Source: Synechococcus sp. AG-670-A05
Lineage (GTDB): Bacteria > Cyanobacteriota > Cyanobacteriia > PCC-6307 > Cyanobiaceae
Direction: 5' to 3'
DNA: 64,000 nucleotides
Assembly: GCA_003211535.1 (NCBI GenBank)
Contig: QCSJ01000001.1
Coordinates: 8,253 to 72,252 of the forward strand
Shown: one piece after another, positions 12,281 through 22,870 of the stretch
Layout: every line of letters starts with the position of its first letter
Numbering within the stretch: position 1 is the first letter of the stretch
Notes under the pieces: model-generated
Databases searched by the model: none
The model's input: the letters and a program-made list of their open reading frames with translations, nothing else
Told to the model about the DNA's origin: nothing
Program-made: the position numbers and the translations under genes

Positions 12281-12947
12281 GCTGAACTCCCTACTTTCAC
12301 TCGGTTGCTGGTCAATCTCAGCTAACTCTTGCGATCAGCCATTGCTCTCTACATCTTTGGAGCCCTGCTGCTGATCATCTGGCTCTTCGCTTGGTACTAC
12401 GCGACTCACAACGGTCGTCAAGTGATAGACCGACTGATCCTCAAGCTGCCGCTGTTCAGTGAGCTGATTCTTATGACCGCCACGCCGAGTTCTGTCGGAT
12501 CTTCAACTCCCTGACCCGCGCCGGTGTGCCGATCCTGATATCGATGGAAATCTCCATTCAGACCGCAGGCAATGCGATCATTTCGACACGATCCTGGCCT
12601 CAAGAGTCATGGTGCAGGAGGGCGTGCTACTGAGAACCGCCTTGATTCGTCAGCAAGTGCTCGCCGATGTGGCCTTGAACGTGTTGGTCATCGGCGAAAA
12701 AAGCGGCGAGATGGACAAGATGCTCAGCAAGGTTGCCGATTTCTACGAAGACAAAGTCGGCGCGATGGTGAATGCGCTCACCTCCAAAGTGCAGCCCCCG
12801 ATGATCGCGGAGGTGGTGGTCGTTGTCAGGTCAATACTCTTGGCCAAATATTTGCCGATGTTCACGGTGTTCGATCAGATTCAGCGAGCTGCCTGGCAAT
12901 GGACTGGCCGGCGAGCCAGCCACTGGTCCAGCAGTGCTGGAAGTTGA
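12272..12947 (+). pseudogene. pilC: Type IV pilus inner-membrane platform protein PilC, degraded C-terminal half
   Basis: DLGAELPTFT, IDRLILKLPLF, FCRIFNSLTRAGVPIL, IGEKSGEMDKMLSKVADFYED and YLPMFTVFDQIQ. TAA 12323; frameshifts near 12484 and 12586; N-terminal half absent. Confidence 0.9.
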
Positions 12948-14133
12948 AGCCCCCTGTGACTCCATCCACATCCATCAGCTCACCCGCCAGATGCAAACCG
13001 GGGCAGCGGCGACTCTCCATGGTGGCCAAATTGATTTCACCCAGATCCACACCACCCGCAGTCACGAATTCCTCTCCAAAGGGACCGCGACCTTTCACGG
13101 GATAACGACATTGCTGCAGCTGATCTAACAGGCCCTTCTCAATTTTGGCTGGACAGTCCGCCCAACGCTGATCAGCAGCAACGCCAACCACCTCCAACAT
13201 CGAGACCCAGAGTCGTCGTGGCAGATGAGCAGTCAGTGGTCGTGATGCACTCAGGGTGCGGCGGGCAGCCTGGATTCGTTGGCCTCGCAACGCTGCGAGG
13301 AGATCCGCCTGGGACCAACCACTGCACCAGCTCACGGTCAACACCGCGCGATAACGCGATGCCTGAAGGGCCCTGGCGGCAAAGGCTGTGAGCCGCAGCG
13401 TCGCCGGTCCACTCAGACCCCAATGGGTGATCAGCACCCGACCAACCTGGTGAAAGCGCTCGTCTCCCACAACAAGCGTGAGCGCCACGTCGTCAAGGGC
13501 CGTACCAGCGCAACCCCGCAACTGGGGAGCATCCAACGTCAGTGAAAACAGGGAGGGGACTGGGGGGATCAGCCGATGGCCCAACTGCGACGCCAACCGG
13601 CGCCCGCTGGGATGACCTCCTGTGGCCAACAGCACACGATGGGCATGAAACCGTTCACTACTGCGGCAGGACGCCACAAATCCACTGCTTAGATCACCAG
13701 CTAATGACTGAACAGGGGAACTGGTGATCAGCCGAACCCCAGACCTTTTAGCGGCCTGCCGCAGGCAATCCACCACCGCAGATGAGCGATTGGCCTGAGG
13801 AAACATCCGGCCATCGTCCTCTTCAACCAGATCCAGGCCGCGATCGGCGAACCATGCAACGGCATCACCACTGGCAAAGCGACTGAACGGACCCCGCAGA
13901 GGCCGCTGACCCCTGGGGTAATGGCCCACCAACTCGGCTGGATCCCAACAGGCATTGGTCACGTTGCAACGACCGCCGCCACTCAAACGAACCTTGGACA
14001 GCGGCTCCGGCGTCGCTTCCAGCATCAGGACGCGTTGTACGCCTTGTTCTGCGGCAGTGATCGCCGCCATGAAGCCGGCAGCACCGCCACCGACCACCAA
14101 AAGGTCGAACTCAACCAGCGGGTCTAAAGACAA
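12862..14133 (-). CDS. HI0933/BaiN family NAD(P)/FAD-dependent oxidoreductase
   Basis: GGGAAG, KVRLSGGGRCNVTN, LITHWGLSGP, VTAGGV and DVDGVTGGFNFQ motifs; start taken as TTG 14133. Confidence 0.92.
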   Translation of the reverse strand: MSLDPLVEFDLLVVGGGAAGFMAAITAAEQGVQRVLMLEATPEPLSKVRLSGGGRCNVTNACWDPAELVGHYPRGQRPLRGPFSRFASGDAVAWFADRGLDLVEEDDGRMFPQANRSSAVVDCLRQAAKRSGVRLITSSPVQSLAGDLSSGFVASCRSSERFHAHRVLLATGGHPSGRRLASQLGHRLIPPVPSLFSLTLDAPQLRGCAGTALDDVALTLVVGDERFHQVGRVLITHWGLSGPATLRLTAFAARALQASRYRAVLTVSWCSGWSQADLLAALRGQRIQAARRTLSASRPLTAHLPRRLWVSMLEVVGVAADQRWADCPAKIEKGLLDQLQQCRYPVKGRGPFGEEFVTAGGVDLGEINLATMESRRCPGLHLAGELMDVDGVTGGFNFQHCWTSGWLAGQSIARQLAESDRTP

Positions 14134-14617
14134 GGGCGACGCCGTTGTTGCAGTAGCGCTTGCCCGTAGGTCGGGGTCCGTCATTGAAAACGTGGCCCTG
14201 GTGACCACCGCAGCGGCTGCAGTGGTATTCCGTACGGGGAATAATTAATTTGAAATCTACTTTGGTCGCAATCGCACCCTGCAAGGGCTGCCAGAAGCTG
14301 GGCCAACCGGTGCCGCTGTCGAACTTCGCGGCAGACGAGAACAACGGCTGGTCGCAACCAGCGCAGTGGTAGGTGCCGCTGCGCTTCTCGCCGTTCAGTG
14401 GACTAGTAAAAGGCCGCTCGGTGCCTTCGTTGCGGAGCACGTCGTAAGCCTCGGGTGACAACCGCTGACTCCACTGCTCTGCATTGAGATCCCAGGTGGC
14501 ATCGGCAGCCTTCGACGCAGCCAGCACAGGCCGTGGCCACCAGCTGCTGCCGAAGGCGCCGGCGATGGAGCCCAACAACAGGGAACGACGGGACAGAAAC
14601 AAAGTGTTGAGCGCCAT
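14111..14617 (-). CDS. msrB: Peptide-methionine (R)-S-oxide reductase with Tat signal
   Basis: SRRSLL twin-arginine signal; GTERPF, KFDSGTGWPSF, HQGHVFNDGP and RYCNN motifs. Confidence 0.95.
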   Translation of the reverse strand: MALNTLFLSRRSLLLGSIAGAFGSSWWPRPVLAASKAADATWDLNAEQWSQRLSPEAYDVLRNEGTERPFTSPLNGEKRSGTYHCAGCDQPLFSSAAKFDSGTGWPSFWQPLQGAIATKVDFKLIIPRTEYHCSRCGGHQGHVFNDGPRPTGKRYCNNGVALVFRPAG

Positions 14618-14658
14618 TGCAACCTCAATAGGTCGACGCTGAAGGTTCTAATAGATCC

Positions 14659-15651
14659 ATGACCGACGCCGAAACCGCTGCCTACCGCTTCAGCGTGGCG
14701 CCGATGCTGGATTGCACGGACCGACACTTTCGCGTGCTGATGCGTCAGATCAGCCGAAGTGCCCTGCTCTACTCCGAAATGGTGGTGGCCCAGGCTCTGC
14801 ACCACACCAACCGCCGCAACAAGCTGCTGGATTTTGATGCTGTCGAGCATCCAATCGCTTTGCAGGTGGGTGGAGACGATCCAGCTCTGCTGGCTGATGC
14901 CGCGCGCCTTGCCAGCGACTGGAACTACGACGAGATCAACCTCAACGTCGGCTGCCCCAGTCAGAAGGTGCAAGCCGGCAACTTCGGAGCCTGTCTGATG
15001 GCGGAGCCAGACCTAGTGGCTCGCTGCGTTGAAGCCATGGCGAACGCCAGTTCGCTGCCTGTGACGGTCAAACACCGAATCGGGATCAATGATCTTGACA
15101 GCGATGAACATCTGACCGCCTTCGTGGATCGGGTTGCGAGCGCCGGAGCAAACCGTTTTTCGGTTCATGCCCGCAAGGCCTGGCTGGAGGGTCTGGACCC
15201 GAAGCAGAACCGGACTATCCCACCACTCCAACACAACCGCGTGCAGGCGCTGAAACAGAGACGACCCCATCTCACCATCGAGCTGAACGGAGGACTGGAG
15301 TCTCCCGAAGACTGCTTGGAGGCTCTTTTGCACTGCGATGGAGCCATGGTGGGCCGGGCTGCCTATGCCCATCCCCTGCGATGGGCGCCGATGGACAACC
15401 TCGTATTCGGCGAACCACCCCGAAGCGTTCTGGCTTCAGATGTGGTGACTGGCCTCGTCCCCCATGCCTCCGCACATCTCAGCCGAGGCGGTCGACTCTG
15501 GGATCTCTGTCGCCACCTGGTGCAACTGGTGGAAGGAGTGCGGGGAGCCAGACACTGGCGGCGGGAGCTGGGAACACGCGCTCAACAGCCCGGAGCCAAT
15601 CTCACAGTCCTGGAAGAGGCCGGCCGGCAATTGCGCGACGCCGGCCTCTGA
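14659..15651 (+). CDS. dusA: tRNA-dihydrouridine(20/20a) synthase
   Basis: FSVAPML, NLNVGCPS, VTVKHRIG, HARKAWL.GL.PKQNR and MVGRAAY motifs. Confidence 0.94.
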   Translation: MTDAETAAYRFSVAPMLDCTDRHFRVLMRQISRSALLYSEMVVAQALHHTNRRNKLLDFDAVEHPIALQVGGDDPALLADAARLASDWNYDEINLNVGCPSQKVQAGNFGACLMAEPDLVARCVEAMANASSLPVTVKHRIGINDLDSDEHLTAFVDRVASAGANRFSVHARKAWLEGLDPKQNRTIPPLQHNRVQALKQRRPHLTIELNGGLESPEDCLEALLHCDGAMVGRAAYAHPLRWAPMDNLVFGEPPRSVLASDVVTGLVPHASAHLSRGGRLWDLCRHLVQLVEGVRGARHWRRELGTRAQQPGANLTVLEEAGRQLRDAGL

Positions 15652-15656
15652 GGGCA

Positions 15657-16259
15657 TCAGCCCTCAGCACCTCCGTAACCGGAATAGTCATCTCCGCCTC
15701 CGCCACCCCCGGAGGAGCCACGACGGCGACGGCTGCGGCCGTCGTCGTAGCCGCTACCAGCTTCACCTCCTCCGTCGCGGGCGCCATAACTACGGTCTTC
15801 CCAGCCACGGGCACCGGATCGACGCTCTCCAGAATCTCCACCACCGCCGCCGCGGTAACCGCCGCCGCCATAACCCCCATCTCCACCACCACCGCGGTAC
15901 CCACCGCCGCCGCCGTAACCGCCGCCGCCGTAACCGCCACCGCCACCGCCACCGCCACCACCGTAACCGCCACCGCCGCCGCCGCCGTACCCGCCACCGC
16001 CGCGGCGGGGTGCGCTGCCACGAGGTTCAGCTTTGTTGATGCGAAGGGGGCGGCCCATCAGCTCAGCTCCCTGAAGCCCTTCTATCGCGGCGTCTTCAAG
16101 GGCTTCATCAGCCATCTCTACAAAAGCAAAACCACGCTTACGGCCGCTGTCCCGCTCAAGGGGAAGGGCACAGTTAGAGACTTCGCCGAACTGGGCAAAC
16201 AGTTCAATTACATCCTCCTGCTCAGCGCGGAAGGGAAGGTTGCCGACAAAAATGCTCAC
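15657..16259 (-). CDS. RRM RNA-binding protein with long Gly-rich tail (Rbp family)
   Basis: RNP2 IFVGNL and RNP1 RGFAFVEM; GGGGY repeats. Confidence 0.93.
   Translation of the reverse strand: MSIFVGNLPFRAEQEDVIELFAQFGEVSNCALPLERDSGRKRGFAFVEMADEALEDAAIEGLQGAELMGRPLRINKAEPRGSAPRRGGGGYGGGGGGGYGGGGGGGGGGYGGGGYGGGGGYRGGGGDGGYGGGGYRGGGGGDSGERRSGARGWEDRSYGARDGGGEAGSGYDDGRSRRRRGSSGGGGGGDDYSGYGGAEG
15840..16002 (-). repeat. Low-complexity coding repeat (GGY/GGGGY/YRGGGG units)
   Basis: Tandem ccgccgccgtaa / ccgccaccg units on the + strand encoding the Gly-rich tail. Confidence 0.85.
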
Positions 16260-16384
16260 GTTCTGAGTGGACCGGGTACGAAAAGAGAACCGAAGAGGCT
16301 TGTGCCATCACCAGAGGAGCATGACTTGTACAAGACACGACTTCCTACTGACAGGACAAGCGTAGACCCGGTTGAGCGATGCAG

Positions 16385-17818
16385 TCATCGACCAACTGCA
16401 GAATCTTTCAAACGTTTTTGCCAAAGCATGATCTGCTCTTGAACGCGATCGAACCCGGTTCCACCTTCACTGCGACGGGCCGAGACCACCGCCCTTGGAG
16501 CAAGTGCGTCATGCAGATCGGCCTCAAAGGCAGGGTGAAGTTCCTTCCATTGCTCCAGGCTGAGTTCCCGCAACAGACAGCCTTGATCGAGACAGCGGCG
16601 AACAACAGCTCCGACCAATTGATAAGCCTCGCGAAAGGGAACACCACGGGCCACCAGATAATCGGCCACATCTGTGGAATTGGAAAAATCGCTTTCCACC
16701 GCCTGATTGAGTCGCTCGATCCGGAACTCCAATCCTTCCTCAAACAGAATCGCCATCGCTTCAACACAGTCGCGCGTGGTTCGATAAGCATCAAACAGCG
16801 CTTCCTTGTCTTCCTGAAAATCCTTGTTGTAAGCCAAGGGAAGACCTTTAATCATCGTCAGCAGACCCTGCAGATGGCCAAAGACACGGCCGCATTTCCC
16901 CCGCACCAACTCCGGCACATCGGGGTTCTTTTTCTGCGGCATCAGGCTGCTGCCCGTGGCACAACGGTCACTCAACTGCACAAACCCGAACTCCTCCGAA
17001 GCCCAGGCGATCACCTCCTCGGCCAGGCGGCTCAGATGGGCCATGACCAAGGATGCTGCTGCTGAAAATTCGACGCAGAAATCCCGATCACTCACGGCGT
17101 CGAGACTATTGGCATAGATCGCGTCAAAACCCAAGTTTTCCGCAGTCCGGCGGCGATCGATCGGCACGGGCGTGCCTGCCAGCGCTGCAGCCCCGAGAGG
17201 ACATATGTTGACGCGACGACGGACATCCTCAAGACGCTCACGATCCCGTTGCAGCATCTCGATATAGGCCAGCAGATGGTGCGCTAGACACAGCGGCTGG
17301 GCCCGCTGAAGATGGGTGTAACCAGGGATCATCGTGGTCTGGTGTCGATCCGCCTGATCCAGCAGAGCCCTCTGGAGACGCTGCAGGTAGTGATCGATCT
17401 CATCAAGCCTGCGCCGTAACCACAGGCGCATGTCCGTGCCCACCTGATCATTGCGGCTGCGACCTGTGTGGAGCTTTTTCCCAACAGACCCCACCAAGGC
17501 GATCAGCCGCCGCTCCACAGCGAAGTGAACATCCTCATCAGCAATGCCTGGATTGAAGCGACCCTCAGCTGCCTCCAAGCGAATGGTTTCCAGACCATCC
17601 ACCAGCTGAACAGCCTCCTCCTCTGCAATCACCCCACAGCTCGCGAGCATCCGGGCATGGGCAATGGAGCCATCCAAGTCCTCCTGAAGCAGCATCAGAT
17701 CAAATCCGATGGACGCGTTGAACGCCTCGATGAAGGGATGAAGACCCTGTTCGAAACGATCACTCCACGCGCCTGCAGCACCACCGGTCACACCACCCGC
17801 CATGGATTGCCCTGTCAA
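16385..17818 (-). CDS. argH: Argininosuccinate lyase
   Basis: [34 protein letters not shown] and [10 protein letters not shown] motifs. Confidence 0.97.
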   Translation of the reverse strand: MTGQSMAGGVTGGAAGAWSDRFEQGLHPFIEAFNASIGFDLMLLQEDLDGSIAHARMLASCGVIAEEEAVQLVDGLETIRLEAAEGRFNPGIADEDVHFAVERRLIALVGSVGKKLHTGRSRNDQVGTDMRLWLRRRLDEIDHYLQRLQRALLDQADRHQTTMIPGYTHLQRAQPLCLAHHLLAYIEMLQRDRERLEDVRRRVNICPLGAAALAGTPVPIDRRRTAENLGFDAIYANSLDAVSDRDFCVEFSAAASLVMAHLSRLAEEVIAWASEEFGFVQLSDRCATGSSLMPQKKNPDVPELVRGKCGRVFGHLQGLLTMIKGLPLAYNKDFQEDKEALFDAYRTTRDCVEAMAILFEEGLEFRIERLNQAVESDFSNSTDVADYLVARGVPFREAYQLVGAVVRRCLDQGCLLRELSLEQWKELHPAFEADLHDALAPRAVVSARRSEGGTGFDRVQEQIMLWQKRLKDSAVGR

Positions 17819-17823
17819 TCCCC

Positions 17824-19245
17824 TCAGCTTGTCAGGCGACTGTTGGATAGCGACACACTCGGCAGGCTGACGGCCTCAGGAACCTTCAAAACCACCATCG
17901 ATGCATCGTCCTCCAGATGGTTATCGGCACCGACGAACCGGTCTAGACGATCGAACAGATGGTCCAAAATACCTTGCGCTCCATGACCACTGCGACAGGC
18001 ACCGTCCAGAGTTCGGATCAGGCGAACCTCATCAAATCGGTCACCCGTCATGCCGGGAGCCTCGGTGACACCGTCGGTGTAGTACAGCAGGACATCACCG
18101 GGATCGAGTCGAACCTCTCCAAGGCCGTAGTCAGCTTCGGGCTGCAATCCGATCAGTAGTCCAGCAGCATCTAAACGGCTGATGCTGCGACGTTCAGCCC
18201 GCCACAGCAGAGGGGGATTATGGGCTGCATTGGCGTACCGCAACCGACGACTGCGGGGATCAAAATCCGAATAAAACAGCGTCACGAAACGGTGGGACTG
18301 GGCCAGGTCCTCCTGAGCCAATTGATTCAGGTCGTGCAGAATCCGATCCGGCGGTAGACCACTGAGTACCTCGGCACGGAGCATGCCTCGCAGCATGGTC
18401 ATCAACAGACCAGCGGGAACACCCTTACCCATCACATCACCCATCACAAGGCCCCAACGGCCTCGTTCCCGACGGCGACCGATCAACTCCGGTCGGGTCG
18501 GAATGAAATCGTAGTAATCACCACCTACCTGAAAGGCAGGCCGGCAGCGAGCCGCCAGCTCAACGCCCTCAATCACCGGGCAATGATCAGGCAGCAATTG
18601 GGCCTGGATCTCGGCACCGATGCTGAGCTGACGATCCACCCGCTCATGACGGCGTACCTCTCGCAACATCTGGTCGTTTTCAATAGCGACACCAACAAGA
18701 TCTGCCACCAACTGAACATGGCGGCGATGGACATCGGTCCAAACGAAATCTCCTGAAGGTTCAAAGACGTACAACCGCCCTCGGCATCGTCCCCGTGCGA
18801 CAACGGAGGTGGCAAACAATCCAGACCCCGGACACAGCCGCTGTACCAGACGATCCATCGCCAGAAGCTGATCGTCATCAGTGCCAAACCCTGTATCAAG
18901 ACTCGGCTCAAAAGCCGCCAGACGTTGCAGCAAGTCTTGACTGTTTGCCGCGGGAACGGCCTGCAACTGCTCTCTCCAGAGTCGACCATCGGGCTGAAAC
19001 GGCACCAGAAGTGCCCCTTCCACCCCAACGAGACGGGCTGCAACAACAGGCACCAACTCCAGAAAACGATTCAGGTTGGTAAAACTGCGCTGAGCAAAAG
19101 CCAGCGACACCAACAGATCCTGATTGCGCCGTTGCTCACGGCTGAGACTGTCGAACAACTGCCGCAGCGAAGCCATCGCCTGCGTTGGCGGTTTGACACC
19201 ACGCAGGGGGGGAGTGGAATGCCGACGAGGCGGCTTGCTGCTCAC
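17824..19245 (-). CDS. GAF-domain PP2C/SpoIIE (RsbU-like) serine phosphatase
   Basis: VGGDYYD, GDVMGKG, NAAHNPP, YTDGVTE and DDAS motifs; N-terminal GAF-like region. Confidence 0.92.
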   Translation of the reverse strand: MSSKPPRRHSTPPLRGVKPPTQAMASLRQLFDSLSREQRRNQDLLVSLAFAQRSFTNLNRFLELVPVVAARLVGVEGALLVPFQPDGRLWREQLQAVPAANSQDLLQRLAAFEPSLDTGFGTDDDQLLAMDRLVQRLCPGSGLFATSVVARGRCRGRLYVFEPSGDFVWTDVHRRHVQLVADLVGVAIENDQMLREVRRHERVDRQLSIGAEIQAQLLPDHCPVIEGVELAARCRPAFQVGGDYYDFIPTRPELIGRRRERGRWGLVMGDVMGKGVPAGLLMTMLRGMLRAEVLSGLPPDRILHDLNQLAQEDLAQSHRFVTLFYSDFDPRSRRLRYANAAHNPPLLWRAERRSISRLDAAGLLIGLQPEADYGLGEVRLDPGDVLLYYTDGVTEAPGMTGDRFDEVRLIRTLDGACRSGHGAQGILDHLFDRLDRFVGADNHLEDDASMVVLKVPEAVSLPSVSLSNSRLTS

Positions 19246-19281
19246 GGCTCAGCCCCTCACGAGCCGAAACGTAGCAACGCC

Positions 19282-20778
19282 TCAGCGTCCTGCCAGCAAT
19301 GCTTCAACGAATTCGTAGCTGTTGAAGGGTCGAAGATCCAGGATGCCTTCGCCCGCCCCAATGAACCGAATCGGGAGATCGGCTTCCGAAGACACCGCCA
19401 AGGCAACGCCGCCACGGGCCGTTCCGTCGAGCTTGGTAATCACAACCCCCGTTAGACCGGCTGCTTCGGAAAAGGCCATCGCCTGACGCAGACCGTTCTG
19501 CCCCTGACTGGCATCAAGAATCAAAAGGGATTCCACCTTGGCCTCCGGCGCAAGGCGGTCAATGATCTTGCGAACCTTCTGCAATTCCTCCATCAGGTTG
19601 TGCTTCGTCTGCAAGCGACCGGCCGTATCCACAAGAAGCAAGTCGGTTCCACGTGAACGGGCAGCACCAATGGCATCGAACACGACCGCCGCAGGGTCTG
19701 CGTTGTTGCTGGGGTTCGAAACCACCGGCACATCGCTGCGCTCTCCCCAGACCTGAACCTGCTGCACAGCAGCAGCGCGAAACGTGTCTGCTGCAGCGAT
19801 CAGAGCCGAATAGCCACTCCGCACCGCAAGGTTGGCCAATTTGCCAAGGGTCGTGGTCTTGCCCACCCCATTCACACCAACCATCAACCAAATATTGAGC
19901 TGATCCCGTTCAGGGGCCAGCAGCTGGGCACCGCTGGCTTCAATCGGTGCATCCAACAAGCCGCGAAGCTGCTCTTTGAGGAAGCGAATGCCTTCAGCAG
20001 GATCCACAACCTCCACGTTCATGCGCTGCCGCAGGGCATCAAGCACTTGATCCGTGGCCTGAACGCCGGCATCGGCGCGCAGCAGCAGCGTTTCGAGATC
20101 ATCGAGGACCTCGGGAGTGAGGGGGTCGTCACCCAGGTTCTCCAGCAGACCGCTGACAAATCCCTGACGGGTTTTCTCCAGGCCACGGCGGAGTCGACCC
20201 AGCCAATCGATCTCCTCCAATGAGATGTCATCAACGCGACGTCCCTGGGCAGCGAGCACCTCTGCTGACCAGGTGAAGTCCTCATCAAAATCGCCAAGGG
20301 TGGGTTCATCCGAGACATCAGCTGTCTCAACCGGAGGCGATGTCGGTTTCGGCTCGGGTTCAAGTGCTCTGGCGTCCTGAGCCTGCTGCCGTTGCTGCCG
20401 CTGAGCCGCAGCCTCTGCAAGCAGAGAAAGGCCCTGACTTGGAGTCGGCGTTGGAACCGGCTCTGGTGGACTCGTTGATAAAGGTGGATCGGGAACAACG
20501 GATTCCTGTTCAACCGTTGCAGGCTCTGGCTCCGGTTCAGGTGTCGGGAGAGGTGTTGAGTCCTGAGCCTGTTGCGCTTTAAGGCGGGCATAGGCCTCAC
20601 GGGCCCAAACCATGGCTTCGTCCTCAGGCGATGCCGCGACTGATTCGGCCGTTGGTTCTGGTGTCTGATCAGGGTCAGGGGAGATCGGAGAGTCCTGAGA
20701 CGGTTCCAGTGTGGATTCAGGTGAAGGCGTTGGCGCCGACTGTTCGAGACCATCCCGTTTGAACCAATCGAACACCAT
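19282..20778 (-). CDS. ftsY: Signal recognition particle receptor FtsY
   Basis: Acidic/Pro-rich N-domain; GVNGVGKTT, DTFRAAA, DTAGR and TKLDGTARGG motifs. Confidence 0.97.
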   Translation of the reverse strand: MVFDWFKRDGLEQSAPTPSPESTLEPSQDSPISPDPDQTPEPTAESVAASPEDEAMVWAREAYARLKAQQAQDSTPLPTPEPEPEPATVEQESVVPDPPLSTSPPEPVPTPTPSQGLSLLAEAAAQRQQRQQAQDARALEPEPKPTSPPVETADVSDEPTLGDFDEDFTWSAEVLAAQGRRVDDISLEEIDWLGRLRRGLEKTRQGFVSGLLENLGDDPLTPEVLDDLETLLLRADAGVQATDQVLDALRQRMNVEVVDPAEGIRFLKEQLRGLLDAPIEASGAQLLAPERDQLNIWLMVGVNGVGKTTTLGKLANLAVRSGYSALIAAADTFRAAAVQQVQVWGERSDVPVVSNPSNNADPAAVVFDAIGAARSRGTDLLLVDTAGRLQTKHNLMEELQKVRKIIDRLAPEAKVESLLILDASQGQNGLRQAMAFSEAAGLTGVVITKLDGTARGGVALAVSSEADLPIRFIGAGEGILDLRPFNSYEFVEALLAGR

Positions 20779-21413
20779 CAGCCCACCGCCCTGGATGCTG
20801 CGTCGTGAAATCGTCTCAGGACACCGTTGATCATCCGACGGCCCTGTTCATCGCTGTAGCGGTTGGCGAGCTCAACGGCCTCACTGAAGGCCACGGGTGC
20901 CGGAGTTGCCAGATCGCGCAGATCAACAATGGCCAGTCGCAGGATGTCGCGATCGAGACGCGGTAGTCGGCTGAGCCGCCATCCCTCCATCACGGAATCG
21001 AGTTCGGAATCGATGCGATCCCGCTTGTCGAGAACACATGAGACGCGCTCCATCGCCCCACGACGAATCTGTTCCTGATCCCCCAGCATCAGTAATCGGG
21101 GCAACTCAAGGCTGGCAGATAAACCATTAAGCACTTGTTCCGCCATGGACAAACAACTGCGCAGGTGTTCCCGACTTTTGGGCATCGCAGCTGGACCATC
21201 AACCTGGAGTTCGCTGTCGAGAAGAGTCTGCTGAGCCTGCTCCAGCTCATCAGCACTCGAATCAAGCGACTCTCGCCAATGCTGCATCAGGCTTTCCAGA
21301 GCCTGTTCCAGAACGGAATCCATGGCCAGGTCTGCCGCCGCAGTGGGTTTTTGATCAGAGACCTGACCGAGCACAAGCAAAGCCAGCTCACGAGCAAGGG
21401 ATCGAGTGGCCAT
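20778..21413 (-). CDS. nusB: Transcription antitermination factor NusB
   Basis: RSLARELAL, W.LSRLPRLDRDILR, EAVELANRY and INGVLR motifs. Confidence 0.94.
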   Translation of the reverse strand: MATRSLARELALLVLGQVSDQKPTAAADLAMDSVLEQALESLMQHWRESLDSSADELEQAQQTLLDSELQVDGPAAMPKSREHLRSCLSMAEQVLNGLSASLELPRLLMLGDQEQIRRGAMERVSCVLDKRDRIDSELDSVMEGWRLSRLPRLDRDILRLAIVDLRDLATPAPVAFSEAVELANRYSDEQGRRMINGVLRRFHDAASRAVG

Positions 21414-21416
21414 GAA

Positions 21417-22151
21417 TCAGTTGGAAGGAGAGGCAGAGGCTCGCAACTGGGCAATCAGGCTGGAGAAACTGCGGTTCACAGGTGCTTCCCGATCATCGGG
21501 ATTGACGATGCCGGCGGAAATGATGGTGCGGAACGCTTCCTCAACACTGATGTTGAGCTCACGCACCCCTTGTTCCGGCACAAGCGTGTACCAGCCGGTT
21601 GTGGGATTGGGAGCAGTCGGAATGAACACGCTCAACATCGGCTGATCGAGATCCGAGCGCAGAGACGGACCGACTTCTCCGGTTACAAACCCGACACTGA
21701 ACAATCCCTCCCGCGGATATTCGACCAAGACCACCCTGCGGAAACGAGTCGAGTTATCCCTCAAAAACGTTTCAAGCAACTGCTTAAGCGTTTTGTAAAC
21801 CGAACCAGCGAAAGGAATACGGCTGAGGGTGCCCTCTCCAAACTCCAGCAGCCAACGACCGACGATGTTGCGGGCCATCAGTCCGATTAACAGGATCCCC
21901 ATCAGGGGAACAGTGAGACCCAGCGCCAGATTGATCAGATCCTGAAGCAACGGGTTCAGGGTGATGAACGGGTTGAGCTGTTTGGGAACAGAAGTGAGAA
22001 ATGCCAGCACAAAGCGACTCACCACCGTGGAGAGCCAGATGGTGGTTGCCAGTGGGATGACCACCAGAAGTCCAGCGATCAGATCATTTTTGAGATCCTG
22101 CCGAAGCCTGGAGGACAACGGCAGATCAGGCCTGGGGTTGGTCTGGACCAA
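21417..22151 (-). CDS. DUF502 family membrane protein
   Basis: DLIAGLLVVIPL, VLVEYPREG and FIPTAPNPTTG motifs; start taken as TTG 22151. Confidence 0.88.
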   Translation of the reverse strand: MVQTNPRPDLPLSSRLRQDLKNDLIAGLLVVIPLATTIWLSTVVSRFVLAFLTSVPKQLNPFITLNPLLQDLINLALGLTVPLMGILLIGLMARNIVGRWLLEFGEGTLSRIPFAGSVYKTLKQLLETFLRDNSTRFRRVVLVEYPREGLFSVGFVTGEVGPSLRSDLDQPMLSVFIPTAPNPTTGWYTLVPEQGVRELNISVEEAFRTIISAGIVNPDDREAPVNRSFSSLIAQLRASASPSN

Positions 22152-22200
22152 GAAGCCTCTGCGCCTGGGATCGGTGAAGTCAGACCAACCTAACCAGCGA

Positions 22201-22845
22201 TCAGAGCACCGCCGTGAGCGCCAGCAGGACAAATGCCACGGCCATGACCGCGGCGCTGCCTGTGCCACCGATCAATCGTTGCTGGCTCTGGCGCTTCTGT
22301 TGGCCCTCAACTCGTTTCAGCTGCTGATCCATTTGAGCTATCTGCTCATCAATCATGGTTTCAGCAGCCTTGATCTTGTCATCGTCGCTGGCATCCGCTG
22401 CCAGCTGACCAGCCTGCGCCAGCTGTTCACCAACCGCTTTGACCTGTTGAGCGTCGTCCCGGAACTGTCTAGCTTCCTTGAGAGCCTGACGGCCCAACTC
22501 TAGGTTCTCAACCTGTAATGGGTCGCCGGCTCCTCGATCGAGGGAGAACGGAATCGCCACCAACATCCCCAGGGCCAACAGGGTTGAAAGGCAGCAGATC
22601 ACCCACCGCAATGGAGTTTGGCGACGATGGGGAGTCTCCAAACGTGAACCCATCAAGGCAACTAGCAGTCCCAAAAAACCCAGAGGACCCAGAGCCACCA
22701 GCGGGCCGGTGAGAAGGGGAAGCGTTGTGTCGTCAGACCAGTCGATCCCCACCAGAACGGCGGCTAACTGCAACAACAGAATCACCACCATGGTGAGGCC
22801 GAGCCAACGCAGCAGTGGTGCCAGACGGCTATTAACTGCGCCCAT
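22201..22845 (-). CDS. Conserved cyanobacterial membrane protein (HpsJ-like)
   Basis: Three N-terminal TM helices, coiled region and C-terminal TM; start taken as ATG 22845; family assignment from memory of synteny. Confidence 0.7.
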   Translation of the reverse strand: MGAVNSRLAPLLRWLGLTMVVILLLQLAAVLVGIDWSDDTTLPLLTGPLVALGPLGFLGLLVALMGSRLETPHRRQTPLRWVICCLSTLLALGMLVAIPFSLDRGAGDPLQVENLELGRQALKEARQFRDDAQQVKAVGEQLAQAGQLAADASDDDKIKAAETMIDEQIAQMDQQLKRVEGQQKRQSQQRLIGGTGSAAVMAVAFVLLALTAVL

Positions 22846-22870
22846 GTCCGTTGCAGCCACGTGACAATGC

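Noticed and set aside
15840-16002. Tandem repeats as a possible CRISPR or other array
   Set aside because: Short in-frame low-complexity units, with no unique spacers and no cas genes
15381-16442. 353-aa Ala/Thr-rich and 191-aa Arg/His-rich ORFs on the + strand
   Set aside because: Alternative-frame readings of the Gly-rich repeat of the RNA-binding protein gene
20300-20778. Pro/Glu-rich repetitive N-terminus of FtsY
   Set aside because: Ordinary variable acidic domain of FtsY
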